Positions 29,300-39,365 of a stretch of DNA of 64,000 nt are shown here, one piece after another. The stretch is from an uncultured Actinomycetota bacterium (lineage in GTDB: Bacteria; Actinomycetota; Actinomycetes; JACCUZ01), in the NCBI GenBank assembly GCA_963751035.1, contig CAVVSW010000005.1, positions 2,054,003 through 2,118,002 on the forward strand, read 5' to 3'. A program made the translations under genes and the position numbers. The notes beneath the pieces were generated by a model, which was not told where the DNA came from, did not search any database, and worked only from the letters and a program-made list of their open reading frames with translations. How positions within the stretch are numbered: position 1 is the first letter of the stretch; each line of letters starts with the position of its first letter.

Positions 29300-32200
29300 C
29301 GCGCCGCCGCCACAGGGTCGCCGGGGTCGACCGGGACGGGCTGCGGCCGGTGGTGGCGGCTCCGCGACCGCGTGCTCGTCGGCCTCGTCGATCGCCCGGA
29401 CCGACGGCAGGGCCAGCACGAGAGCCACGATCACGGCCGCGAGCTGAAGCCACAGCAGGAGCTGGCGGTTCCCGTCGTCGTAGCGCACCACGAGCAGCCC
29501 GCCGTCGGTCGGCAGCGCGAACGCCTGCGCCCACCCGTCGTACTCCTGCGGCTCCAGGCGCTGCTCGTCCAGGATGGCCTGCCAACGGTCGTGGTGCTGG
29601 TCGGCAATGGTGAGCAGGCGGGGCGCGCTCGCCGCCGGGATGTCGGTCCGGACCCCGACCGCGCCGGAGGGCAGCACCGTGCCGGTGGTGTCGGCCGGTC
29701 CGCTGACGACCCGGACCCGACCGGACGGGTAGCGCACCTTCCACAGCGCCGAGCGGTCCGGCGCGCTGACCCGCACCAGCCCCGGCACCGCGTCGATGGC
29801 ATCGGCCAGTGCCGGGTCGACGGGGCGGCCGAGCAGCACGAACCGCACGCCGTAGGGCAGCAGGTCGGTGGCCGCGTCACCGCCCCGGCCGGAGGCGAGA
29901 TCGGCCACCGTCTCGTCCAGCCCGGTGTCGACGTCGGCGCCCGCGACGGTGTCCGCGTCGCCGAGCCGCGGCCCGTCGGCGCGGAGCAGGGCATAGGACA
30001 GCCGGCCCTCCTCGAGCTGACGCAGGACCAGGGTGCGGGGCCGGTCGCCCTGCTCTCCCTCGGCGGCGACGAACGCCGGCAGGAGCACGGGGTCGCGGCG
30101 CTCGAGCGGGCCGCCCGCGCCCTGCGAACGCCCACCACGACCCCGCCAGCGACCGGTACGGCGAGCGCGCTGACGGTGACCACCACCGCCGCGACCTGCC
30201 GCCAGCCGAAGCTGCTCCGGGCGATCCGCTCGCGGGCGCCGTCGGCGCCGACCACGGCGGCGAGCACGAGTCCGGCACCGGCCATCAGCGTCGCCGGCCC
30301 GGGCCACGCGGCCACCGAGCCGTCCAGACCCGGCGCATCGAGCCGGGTGTGGCTCAGCGCGATGCCACCGGCGATGCCGGCGAGGGCGGTGGCCCAGCCG
30401 GCCGCGACCAGCCGCCGGCGGTCGGGACGCAGCAGCGCCGCCAGCGCGGCCAGCACCAGGCCGACGGAGAACGCGAGCGGGTACATGCCCGGCCCGCCGG
30501 GATGCAGGAGGAAGCACGGCGAGCGGATGCAGCGCCGGGTCGACCAGGTCCGGCCGGACCAGGCCGCCCTCGAGCAGGAGCAGCTGCGGGTGGCGGACCA
30601 GCTCGGGCAGCCACGGCAGCAGGAGCACGGGTGGCATGACGAGCAGCACGAGCAGCCGGATCAGGGCGGGGCGGTGCAGCCGCCGCGAGGCGACCGCGCC
30701 CAGCGCGAGCACGAGGGCGACGAGATAGACCACGGGCGCGAAGGCCGACATCACCGCGAGCAGCGAGCCACGCGATCCAGGCCGCGCGCAGACGCCCGCC
30801 GCCTCCGCCGCGGACGCGCGCGCAACGCGGCCACCGCAGCCAGCGGCAGCAGGACCGCGAGGGTGGCGGTGCCGATCCGTCCCGACGCGACCGCTCCGGG
30901 CACCGCGGGGAGCAAGGCGTAGGTCGTGGCACCCCAGATGCGCAGCACCGGCGAGGAGGTCACCCGGCGCAGGGCGAGGTAGGCGGTCAGACCGGCCAGC
31001 GGGACCGCAGCCAGCAGCAGCACGGACACCGCCGCGCTGGCGTTGCCGAACAGCACGGTGCCGAGCGCCGCGATCACCGCGAGGTAGGGCGGCGCGGCCG
31101 TGTCGCTGCCCACCCCGACCGGGTGCCACCCCTCGGTGTAGGTGCGCCACAGGTCACTCGCGGTGTCCGGTGCGGGGAGCAGCGCGCCGCCCATCAGCCG
31201 GCCGGCGCCGAGCAGGTCGCGGCTGGCGACCACCGTCAGCACGAGCAGCGCGAGCGCGAGCACCACCGCGGGCTTGCGGAGGATGCGGCGGGCGAGCCCG
31301 GTCCCCCAGGACGGCAGGTCCTCGGCGTCCTCGGAGGCAGGGCCGGTCTCGACCGCGCGGTGCCGGCCGGCCGCAAAGCTGGCAGCAGCGCCGACCCCGA
31401 CGAGCGCGGTGACGGTCTCCATGCCGCGCCGCAGACTCGACGACGGCGAGGCGAGAAGCGGGCGTACGGCGCGGTAGGGCACCACTCGCGTCCGCCGCCG
31501 TCGCCAGCGGGCTCGGGCCAACCGGTCGGGTCGGGCAAGGACCGAGCCGAGCGCCAGCACCTCGCCCATCGCGTTGGCCGGCAGCTTGCCGACGAGCAGG
31601 CCGAGGGCCCGCAGCGCGGTGCCGAAGATCAGCCGCAGCGCCCGCGAGGGGCACGAGCAGCAGCGGCAGGTTCGCGAGGAGCACGTAGTTGGCGTGCTGC
31701 CGGTCGGAGCGCAGGTAGCCGCTCGGCAAACGCCCCCAGCTTCCGCCGGCCGTGCGAGGCGGCCTCGGCGTGGTGCACCACCGCATCGGTGACGCACACG
31801 ACGCGGTGCCCGGCGCTGTTGACCCGCCAGCCGAAGTCGACGTCGTCGCGGTAGAGCGACAGCACCGGGTCGAGGCCGCCGAGCGCGTGCCAGACGTCAC
31901 GTCGTACGAGCATGCCGGCCGTCGACACCGCGAGCACGTCGTGGACGCCGTCGTGCTGGCCCTGGTCCTGCTCGCGCCGCTCCAGCCCCGTCTCGCGGCG
32001 ACCGCTGCGGGCGATCGTCACCCCGACCTCGAGCAGCGTCCGCCGGTTGCTCCAGCCGCGCAGCTTGGGCCCGGCGACGGCCACGGTCGGGCTCGAGTCG
32101 ACGTGGCGGAGCAGGTGCTCGAGTGCGTTCGGCTCCGGCTCGGCGTCGTCGTGGAGCAGCCACAGCCACTGCACGGGCTGATCGCCGTCGGGCTCGTCGT

Positions 32201-32518
32201 CGTGCCGGGCGGCGGGTAGGCCTCGCCGGACCTCTCGTCGGTGGCGGCCACGCCCAGGTCGACCGCGGCGCCGAACCCGGTGCCGAGCGGCGCGGCGACG
32301 ACCCGGTCGGCCCCGAGCAGCTGGCCGAGGATGTCGGCGGACCCGTCGGTGCTCCCGGTGTCGACCGCGACGAAACGCTGCGGCGGCCGGGTCTGGGCCC
32401 GCAGCCCGGCGGCGGACTGCGGCAGCCAGCGGGCACCGTTGTGCGCGACCAGCACGGCAGTCACGACATGGCGCCCGAAAGCGGGCGTAATGGGGGCGGT
32501 CGACATCTGCGTCGCCAC
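29296..32518 (-). pseudogene. Large (~1070 aa) GT2 glycosyltransferase fused to a polytopic membrane and extracytoplasmic region; reading frame interrupted at least 6 times
   Basis: The N-terminus VVTAVLVAHNGARWLPQSAAGLRAQTRPPQRFVAVDTGSTDGSADIL..VQWLWLLHDDAEPEPNALEHLL..STAGMLVRRDVWHALGGLD..DVDFGWRVNSAGHRVV is a GT2 fold. Many TM segments follow, recovered from ORFs 32018..32518, 31629..32174, 31154..31900, 30751..31797, 29431..30486 and 27755..31150. Frame changes occur near 32.2, 31.72, 31.645, 30.82, 30.51 and 30.125 kb. Confidence 0.7.
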
Positions 32519-32538
32519 CCTACGGGAGTGCGGTCAGG

Positions 32539-32814
32539 TCAGACGGCGCTCTTCTTCAGGCGCCGGCGCTCGCGCTCGGACAGGCCGCCCCAGATGCCGA
32601 AGCGCTCGTCGTTGGCCAACGCGTAGTCGAGGCACTCACCCCGGACGTCGCAGGACAGGCAGACCTTCTTGGCCTCCCGCGTCGAGCCGCCCTTCTCGGG
32701 GAAGAACGCCTCCGGATCGGTCTGCGCGCACAGGGCGCGCTCCTGCCAGCCGAACTCCTCGAGCGGCTCATCATCGAAGAACTCTTCGATCATCAGCGGA
32801 ACCACTTCACCCAT
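32539..32814 (-). CDS. whiB: WhiB-family Fe-S transcription factor (WhiB/WhiB2 orthologue by synteny)
   Basis: MGEVVPLMIEEF..WQERALCAQTDPEAFFPEKGGSTREAKKVCLSCDVRGECLDYALANDERFGIWGGLSERERRRLKK. Has four Cys and the GIWGG turn. ATG at 32812-32814. Confidence 0.93.
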   Translation of the reverse strand: MGEVVPLMIEEFFDDEPLEEFGWQERALCAQTDPEAFFPEKGGSTREAKKVCLSCDVRGECLDYALANDERFGIWGGLSERERRRLKKSAV

Positions 32815-32876
32815 GGCGCGCCTCCTCGACCCGGATCGCTGCCCCTGGTAAGGCAACGAAAGACACGCTTGGAATT

Positions 32877-32886
32877 ACACGCGTGT
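32877..32886. promoter_or_regulatory. Perfect 10-bp palindrome ACACGCGTGT in the whiB/fbiA divergent intergenic region
   Basis: Read directly. Lies 63-72 nt upstream of the whiB ATG in a locally AT-richer 171-bp spacer. A half-site-like ACACGC repeats at 32863-32868. A regulatory function is inferred only. Confidence 0.25.
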
Positions 32887-32985
32887 TGTTACCCCTTCGT
32901 CAAGTGATCCGGTGATATTTAGCCAAACGGACGAGAAACTTCCGCCGAACCGCCGGTTTCTTGCCGCCGATGACACACTTCCGGC

Positions 32986-33984
32986 ATGCAGATCACGCGG
33001 ATCACCGCTCTCGCCGGCGGAATCGGCGCCGCGCGGTTCCTGCGGGGCCTGCGCGCGGCCGCCCCGGACGCGGAGATCACCGTCATCGGCAACACCGGCG
33101 ACGACATCACCCTGTTCGGGCTGCGGGTCTGCCCCGACCTGGACACCGTCATGTACACCCTCGGCGGCGGCATCGACGAGGCGCAGGGCTGGGGCCGGGC
33201 CGAGGAGACGTTCACGGTCCGGGAGGAGCTGGACCGGTACGGCGTGGGGCCGGCGTGGTTCGGGCTGGGCGACCGCGACCTGGCCACGCACGTCGTCCGG
33301 ACCCAGATGCTCGGTGCCGGGCTACCCGCTCAGCGCCGTCACCGCCGCCCTGTGCGAGCGCTGGGGGCTCGGGGCCAACGGCGTCGCGCTGCTGCCGATG
33401 AGCGATGACCGGGTGGAGACCCACGTCGTGATCGACGACGAGGAGAGCCCGGGCGACGAGGCCCGACGCCGGGCGGTGCACTTCCAGGAGTACTGGGTGC
33501 GGCTGCGCGCGAAGCCGGTCGCCCACGCCGTCGTCGCGGTCGGCGTCGAGGACGCCAAGCCCGGTCCCGGGCGTGCTCGAGGCGATCGCGACCGCCGACG
33601 TGGTGCTGCTCCCGCCGTCCAACCCGGTCGTGAGCATCGGCACGATCCTCGCGGTGCCCGGCATCGAGGCGGCCGTGCGCGAGACGGCGGCCCCCGTCGT
33701 CGGGCTGTCGCCGATCGTCGGGGGCGCGCCGGTCCGCGGCATGGCCGACAAGGTGCTCGCCGCGATCGGCGTGGAGGCGAGCGCGGAGGCGGTGGCGCGC
33801 GCACTACGGGCCCGACCTGCTCGACGGCTGGCTGGTCGACGAGCGCGACGCGGCTGCGGTGCCCGGGGTCGAGGCCGCCGGGATCCCCTGCCGCGCCGTC
33901 CCGTTGATGATGTCCGACGTGTCGGCGACCACAGCGATGGCGCGCGCCGCGCTCGACCTGGCGGCCGACCGGGCGGCGCGGTGA
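32986..33984 (+). pseudogene. fbiA: 2-phospho-L-lactate transferase (CofD/FbiA), frame interrupted by three single-base insertions
   Basis: MQITRITALAGGIGAARFLRGL..GLRVCPDLDTVMYTLGGGID..GDRDLATHVVRTQMLGAG|[31 protein letters not shown]|[37 protein letters not shown]|[20 protein letters not shown]. Extra bases sit at about 33320, 33570 and 33800. Collinear with my memory of M. tuberculosis FbiA. Confidence 0.85.
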
Positions 33985-35287
33985 CGGCGGACGCGGGCGG
34001 CCTGCAGGTCTGGGCGCTCGACGACATCCCCGAGGTGTCCGCCGGCGACGACCTGGCCGCGCTCATCGCGCAGTCGGTGCAACGGTCCGGGCCGGCGCTG
34101 CAGGACGGCGACGTGCTGGTGGTCACGTCGAAGGTGGTCGCCAAGGCCGAGGGCCGGGTGCTGGCGATGGACCGCGAGGAGGCGATCGCGTCCGAGACGG
34201 AACGGGTGGTCGCGAGCCGCGGGCGCACCACGATCGCGCAGACCCGGCACGGCTTCGTGCTCGCGTCCGCCGGGGTCGACACCAGCAACACCGCCGCCGG
34301 GACCGTCGTCCTGCTGCCCGTCGACCCGGACGCATCGGCGCGCGCGCTGCGCTCGCAGCTGCTCGACACCCTCGGCGTCGACGTCGCGGTCGTGGTGAGC
34401 GACACCTTCGGCCGGCCGTGGCGGATGGGTCTGGTCGACCAGGCGGTCGGCGTCGCCGGGCTCGAGCCGCTGCACGACCTGCGCGGCCGGACCGACGCGC
34501 ACGGCAACGTCCTGGACCAGACGGTGACAGCGGTCGCCGACGAGATCGCCTCGGCCGCCGACCTCGCGAAGGGCAAGCTGGCCGGCCAGCCGGTCGCCGT
34601 GGTGCGCGGACTGGCCGACCGGGTCACCTCGGGCGCCGGGCCCGGCGCGGCGGCGCTGGTCCGGCCGATCGCGGAGGACATGTTCCGGCTGGGGTCGCAC
34701 GACGTGGTGCCGGCTCGGCGTACGGTCCGCGCCTTCACCGACGCGGCCGTCGACCGCGACGCCGTACGCCGTGCCGTGGCCGCTGCGCTGACGGCGCCGG
34801 CGCCGCACCACACGACGCCGTGGCGGTTCGTCCTCGTCGAGAGCGCCGGCGTCAAGGAGCAGCTGCTCGACGCGATGCTCGCCGCCTGGGTCGCACGACC
34901 TGCGCGCCGACGGGTTCACCGACGAGCAGGTGGCGAAGCGGACGCAGTCGCGGCGAGGTGCTGCGCCGCGCGCCGTACCTCGTCGTGCCGTGCCTGGTCA
35001 GCGACCGGGCGCACGACTACCCCGACGCGCGGCGGTCCGCGGCGGAGCGGGAGATGTTCCTCGTCGCGATGGGCGCCGGCGTCGAGAACCTGTTGGTCGC
35101 GCTGGCCGTCGAGGGGCTGGGCTCGGCGTGGGTGTCGAGCACGATGTTCTGTCGCGACGTCGTGCGGCGCGAGCTCGACCTGCCGGACGACTGGGAGCCG
35201 ATGGGTGCCGTCGCGGTGGGGCATCCCGCCGGCCGCGCGGCCGAACGGCCGCCGCGCGACCCCGACGACTTCACCGTGGTGCGCTGA
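33981..35287 (+). pseudogene. fbiB: Bifunctional F420 gamma-glutamyl ligase / dehydro-F420-0 reductase (FbiB: CofE plus nitroreductase-like domain), two single-base insertions
   Basis: GTG 33981 overlaps the fbiA stop (GTGA). ..[42 protein letters not shown].. is the CofE part. The C-terminal domain is ..[19 protein letters not shown].. The junction [11 protein letters not shown]|[17 protein letters not shown]|[15 protein letters not shown] needs shifts near 34896 and 34948. Confidence 0.85.
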
Positions 35288-35343
35288 CCCGGCAACGTGT
35301 CAGAACCTCATGGCCTGCCCGGGCCACGAGAGTCTGACAGTCG

Positions 35344-36274
35344 CTACATCGCGCGGTAGTCGCGGCCGGCGAAGCGTGGCCCGCGACGCGGCGGCAGCGC
35401 GACTCCCGAGAGCTCGATCATCCGCACCGCGCGGTAGCGGTGACCGCGGTAGGGCTCGAGCAGCTCGAGCATCCCGTCGTCGTCGACCTTCTCCCCGACC
35501 AGGGCCCAGCCGACCATGCCGGCCAGGTGGAAGTCCCCGACCGACACCGCGTCGGGGTCGCCGAGCGCGCGTTGGGCGACCTCCGCAGCGGTCCAGACCC
35601 CGATCCCCGGCACGGTCCGGAGCAGGGCGGCGGCCTCGGCGTGCGCCAGGCCGGTGATCTGCTCGAGGCGGCCGGCGCGCGGAGGCCGCCCGGATCACGG
35701 TCCGCGACCGCGACTGGTCGACGCCGGCGCGGTGCCACTCCCACGACGGCACCCGCGCCCACACGTCCGGGGCCGGCGGGACACGCAGGCCCAGCCCGCG
35801 GACCTCGTCCGGCCCGGGTGCCGGCTCGCCGTACTTGCGCACGAGCAGCCGCCACCCGCGCCAGGCCTCACGGCCGGTGACCTTCTGCTCGAGGACGGCC
35901 GGGGCGAGCGCCTCCAGCACGAGACCGGTGCGTGGCACCCGCCAGCCGGCGTGCCGGCGCCACGCGTCACGGATCACCGGATGGTGCGGCACGAAGCCGG
36001 CCGGGTCGTCGCCGTCGCCGAGCAGCGCAGGCACGGAGTCCAGGGCCCACTCCGCGCCCGGCCCCCAGGCGGCCGCGTCGACCGCGCCGTCGGCCGGCGC
36101 CAGCCCGAGCCGCATCGTCGCCGCCCCGGCCGGCGTCCGGATGGCGCGCCAGACGACGCCGCCGTCGAACCGGAAGCACGGGTCACCCGCGCCGCGGCGC
36201 ATCGGTCCGAGCGCGGCCGAGAGGCTCACTGCCCGACCGGGCCGCCAGCGCCGGGTCAGTTCGGTCACGCGCAT
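35344..36274 (-). pseudogene. AlkA-like HhH-GPD DNA-3-methyladenine glycosylase, one frame interruption (~35.675 kb)
   Basis: N-terminal part from ORF 35300..36274 (..LEALAPAVLEQKVTGREAWRGWRLLVRKYGEPAPG..). C-terminal part from ORF 35344..35613 ([32 protein letters not shown].., an HhH motif plus Asp). Confidence 0.7.
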
Positions 36275-36316
36275 AGGCAGCGCCCAGTGTGCAGGGTCGG
36301 CGCTCGTGGCACATGG

Positions 36317-36784
36317 TCATGCGCGAGCGTGCTCGATGACGGGCTCGATCACGATCTCGGCGTTGACCGTGTTGGCGATGTAGCAGGCGCTGTGCGCGCG
36401 GCCGACCAGCTTGCGGGCCTTGTCCAGGTCGGCCCCGGCCGCAACAACGATGCGCGGCCGCAGGGTGATGCGGGTGATCCGCACCGGCCGCTCGTCGTCG
36501 GGCATCACCGCGTCGGCCTCGTCGTCGTAGGACAGCACGTCGATCCGCGACCGGGCGGCCATGGCCAGGAACGACAGCAGCTGGCACGAGCTGGCCGCCG
36601 CGAGCAGCAGCTGCTCGGGGTTCATCAGCGTCGCGTTTCCCCGGAACGCCGGGTCGCTGGTCAGCACCAGGTCGTCGTGCGCGGGCGGCGTGGTGACGCG
36701 GTGGGTCCGGTCGTAGCCGTCGTAGCCGACGCCGGTGGAGCCCTGCCACGACAGGCGCGACGTGTACGTGTGCAGGTGGCTCAT
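36317..36784 (-). CDS. OsmC-family peroxiredoxin-like protein
   Basis: 155 aa with ..NPEQLLLAAASSCQLLSFLAMA..RAHSACYIANTV.., the two conserved Cys of OsmC/Ohr. Confidence 0.85.
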   Translation of the reverse strand: MSHLHTYTSRLSWQGSTGVGYDGYDRTHRVTTPPAHDDLVLTSDPAFRGNATLMNPEQLLLAAASSCQLLSFLAMAARSRIDVLSYDDEADAVMPDDERPVRITRITLRPRIVVAAGADLDKARKLVGRAHSACYIANTVNAEIVIEPVIEHARA

Positions 36785-36905
36785 CGACCGCTCATCTCCC
36801 TTCGTCCCGGCTCAGCCTACGAACGGCACACCGACGCGTTGCGTAGACTTCGCGTCCAGTCCCGCCGAGCAGTCCAGGCTGCCGACCGACCTGCGAGAGA
36901 GAACC

Positions 36906-37638
36906 GTGGCCAACAAGCCCAAACCGCAAAAGGCGCAAGAGCGTGACCGTCGAGCCAAGGTCGAGGCCATGCGTCGGGAGCAGCAGGCCCGCGAGCGGCG
37001 CAAGAGCCTCCTGTTCATCGTGCTCGCGGTCCTGGTCGGACTGGGCCTCGTGGCCGCGGCAGCGGTCCCGACGTACCTGAACAGCCGCAACGACCCCGCG
37101 AAGAAGGCGCTGTCGTCGTTCGGTCCGCCGGCGACCGAGGCCGACTGCAGCGACGTGGAGACCAAGGACGGCACCAACACCGAGGCGCTGCGGGCCCACG
37201 TCGAGGACGGCAAGGTCGAGAAGTACGCGACGATCCCGCCGTCCTACGGCCCGCACTGGGGCAGTCCCGTCTTCCCGGCCCGCACCTTCTACACCGAGCG
37301 GGACCGGCCGGAGATCGAGCAGCTCGTGCACAACCTCGAGCACGGCTACACGATCCTCTGGTACGACGACACGATCAAAGGCGAACAGCTGAAGACTCTG
37401 GAGGACCTGGCGGAGAGCGCGTCGAACAGCGAGATGGCCGGGCCGGGCAACAAGTTCATCGTCTCCGCATGGGACGACTCCTACGGCACGTTCCCCAGCG
37501 GCAAGCACCTGGGCATGTCGCACTGGGGAGCACAGAACAGCTGCCATTCAGCTGTGCGGCAAGGTCAGCGGAGATGCCGTGGAGGCCTTCATGAAGAAGT
37601 TCCCCGCAACCGACGCGCCGGAGCCGAACGCCCAGTGA
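36906..37638 (+). pseudogene. DUF3105 domain-containing membrane-anchored protein, one frame interruption (~37.54 kb)
   Basis: GTG 36906. Lys/Arg-rich N-terminus, one TM (LLFIVLAVLVGLGLVAAAAV), and ..PPSYGPHWGSP..VHNLEHGYTILWYDD.. The C-terminal QLCGKVSGDAVEAFMKKFPATDAPEPNAQ* lies in the +1 frame. Confidence 0.68.
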
Positions 37639-37660
37639 GCTAGCGCGCCGGCTGGTCGGG

Positions 37661-38282
37661 TCAGTCGGCGCGCAGCGTCGCTGTCGCTCGGCGGGCGATG
37701 ACGACACCGGCGATGGCGCCGCCCAGGCAGCCGAGCACCTCGTCGAACAGCGTGTCTTCGTACGCCGTGTCCAGCTCGGTGCCGTGCCGGATGAACGTGT
37801 ACCACTCGCCGAGCTCCCAGATCACGGCGAGCAACGCGCCGATCCCCGCCACGAGCAGGCCGAGCGCCCACGGCGGGCGGATCGGCGCGCGCATGAGCAG
37901 CAGCCCGATGCCCGGCGCAGAGCAGGAACCAGTTGACGAAGTGGTTGGCGTCGTCCCACCAGCTCAGCGGGTCGTAAAGGTCCAACGTGTTGCCGGTCAC
38001 GTCGATAAGGAACGGCGCCATGATCAGCCCGAAGGCGGCCCATGGCAGCGCCGCGTCGGCGCCGGGTCGCCCCCGGTGGTGCTGGTAACGCTGGTAGCCG
38101 ATCCAGCCGGCCGGGACGAGCAGCATCATCACCGGGTAGGCGACCAGCCGGGCGCCGAAGCCCTTGCCCTCGAACTGCGGCAGCCCGTCGACGAAGGTGG
38201 CCACCGCCAGCTGCGCGACCGTCAGGACGAACACCGCCACGGTCAGCCGGCGCGGCCACGGCGACTGCTCGGAACCCGCCAC
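37661..38282 (-). pseudogene. Hypothetical polytopic membrane protein, one frame interruption (~37.91 kb)
   Basis: ORF 37548..38282 (N-terminal, at least 3 TM) continues as ..FVNWFLLCAG|IGLLLMRAPIRPPWALGLLVAGIGALLAV.. in ORF 37661..37894. No family recognised. Confidence 0.45.
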
Positions 38283-39365
38283 TCAGGCAGGCGATCGGTC
38301 GGACGAGAACCGGATCGCGTCCGGCGGGATGCGGACGTCGTTCCAGACCCGCGCCCCGGCCGCGAGCTCGTTGCCGGCCGCAACAACTGCATGATCACCG
38401 ACGACGGTGGCGGTGAGGGAGCAGCCCGCGCCGACCTCGGCGCCCAGACCGACGACGGAGTCACGCACCACCGCGCCCTCCCCCACGACGGCGCCGTCCA
38501 TCAGCACGCTGCCGTGCACCTCGGCCCCGGCGGCGACGACCGAGCGCGCACCCACCGTCGTACCGCCGTCGACCACCGCCGTCGCGTGGACCTCGGCCCC
38601 GGGCAGCAGCAGCGACGTCCCCGCCTCCCCCGGCAGCGCGGGCGATCGCAGCCGCCCGAGCACGAGGTCGCACGACCCGCGCACGTAGGCCTCGGGGGTG
38701 CCGAGATCGAGCCAGTACGACGGGTCGAGGTGCCCGAGCAGGAAGGCACCGTCGCGCAGCAGGCCCGGGAACGTCTCGCGCTCCACCGACACCGGCCGGC
38801 CGGCCGGGATGGCGTCGATGACGCGGCGGCGGAAGACGTAGCAACCGGCGTTCACCTGGTTGGTCACCGGGTTCGGTGACTTCTCCAGGAAGTCGGTGAT
38901 GCGTCCGCCGGCATCCGTCGGGCACGAGCCGAAGGCCCGCGGGTCGGTCACCTCGGTCAGGTGCAGGGTGACGTCGGCGCCGGCGTCCTGGTGCGCCGCG
39001 ACCTGCTTGGCGATGTCATGGCCGGACAGGATGTCGCCGTTGAGGATGACCACCGGGTCGTCCGGCCCGCTGCTCAGCAGCCCGGCGACGTTGCGCACCC
39101 CCCCGCCGGTGCCCAGCGGCTCGGTCTCGGTGACGTAGTCGATGACCAGCCCGAGTCGCGACCCGTCGCCGAAGTGGTCGGAGAAGACCTCGGGCCGGTA
39201 CGACGTGGCCAGCACGACGTGGTCGACGCCGGCCTCGCGCGCGCGGGCCAGGACGTGGGTGAGGAACGGGACGCCGGCCGTCGGCAGCATCGGCTTGGGT
39301 GTGGTGGCGGTCAGCGGCCGGAGCCGGGTGCCCATGCCCCCCACCAGGAGGACCGCTTCGCTCAC
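38283..39365 (-). CDS. manC: Mannose-1-phosphate guanylyltransferase-type NDP-sugar pyrophosphorylase with C-terminal left-handed beta-helix
   Basis: GTG 39363-39365 overlaps the upstream stop (GTGA). VSEAVLLVGGMGTRLRPLTATTPKPMLP..EPLGTGGG..ILNGDIL.., then hexapeptide-like repeats (VVDGGTTVGARSVVAAGAEVHGSVLMDGAVVGEGAVV). Rv3264c-like position. It is the lower half of the fused ORF 38283..40553. Confidence 0.85.
   Translation of the reverse strand: MSEAVLLVGGMGTRLRPLTATTPKPMLPTAGVPFLTHVLARAREAGVDHVVLATSYRPEVFSDHFGDGSRLGLVIDYVTETEPLGTGGGVRNVAGLLSSGPDDPVVILNGDILSGHDIAKQVAAHQDAGADVTLHLTEVTDPRAFGSCPTDAGGRITDFLEKSPNPVTNQVNAGCYVFRRRVIDAIPAGRPVSVERETFPGLLRDGAFLLGHLDPSYWLDLGTPEAYVRGSCDLVLGRLRSPALPGEAGTSLLLPGAEVHATAVVDGGTTVGARSVVAAGAEVHGSVLMDGAVVGEGAVVRDSVVGLGAEVGAGCSLTATVVGDHAVVAAGNELAAGARVWNDVRIPPDAIRFSSDRSPA

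Noticed and set aside
27755-31150. 1131-aa ORF as one intact protein
   Set aside because: It is a composite. Segments with real membrane or secreted-protein character alternate with Arg/Pro/Gly-rich out-of-frame stretches, and the missing pieces are found in neighbouring frames. I interpret it as two genes (giant GT2 and DUF5719-like) broken by indels.
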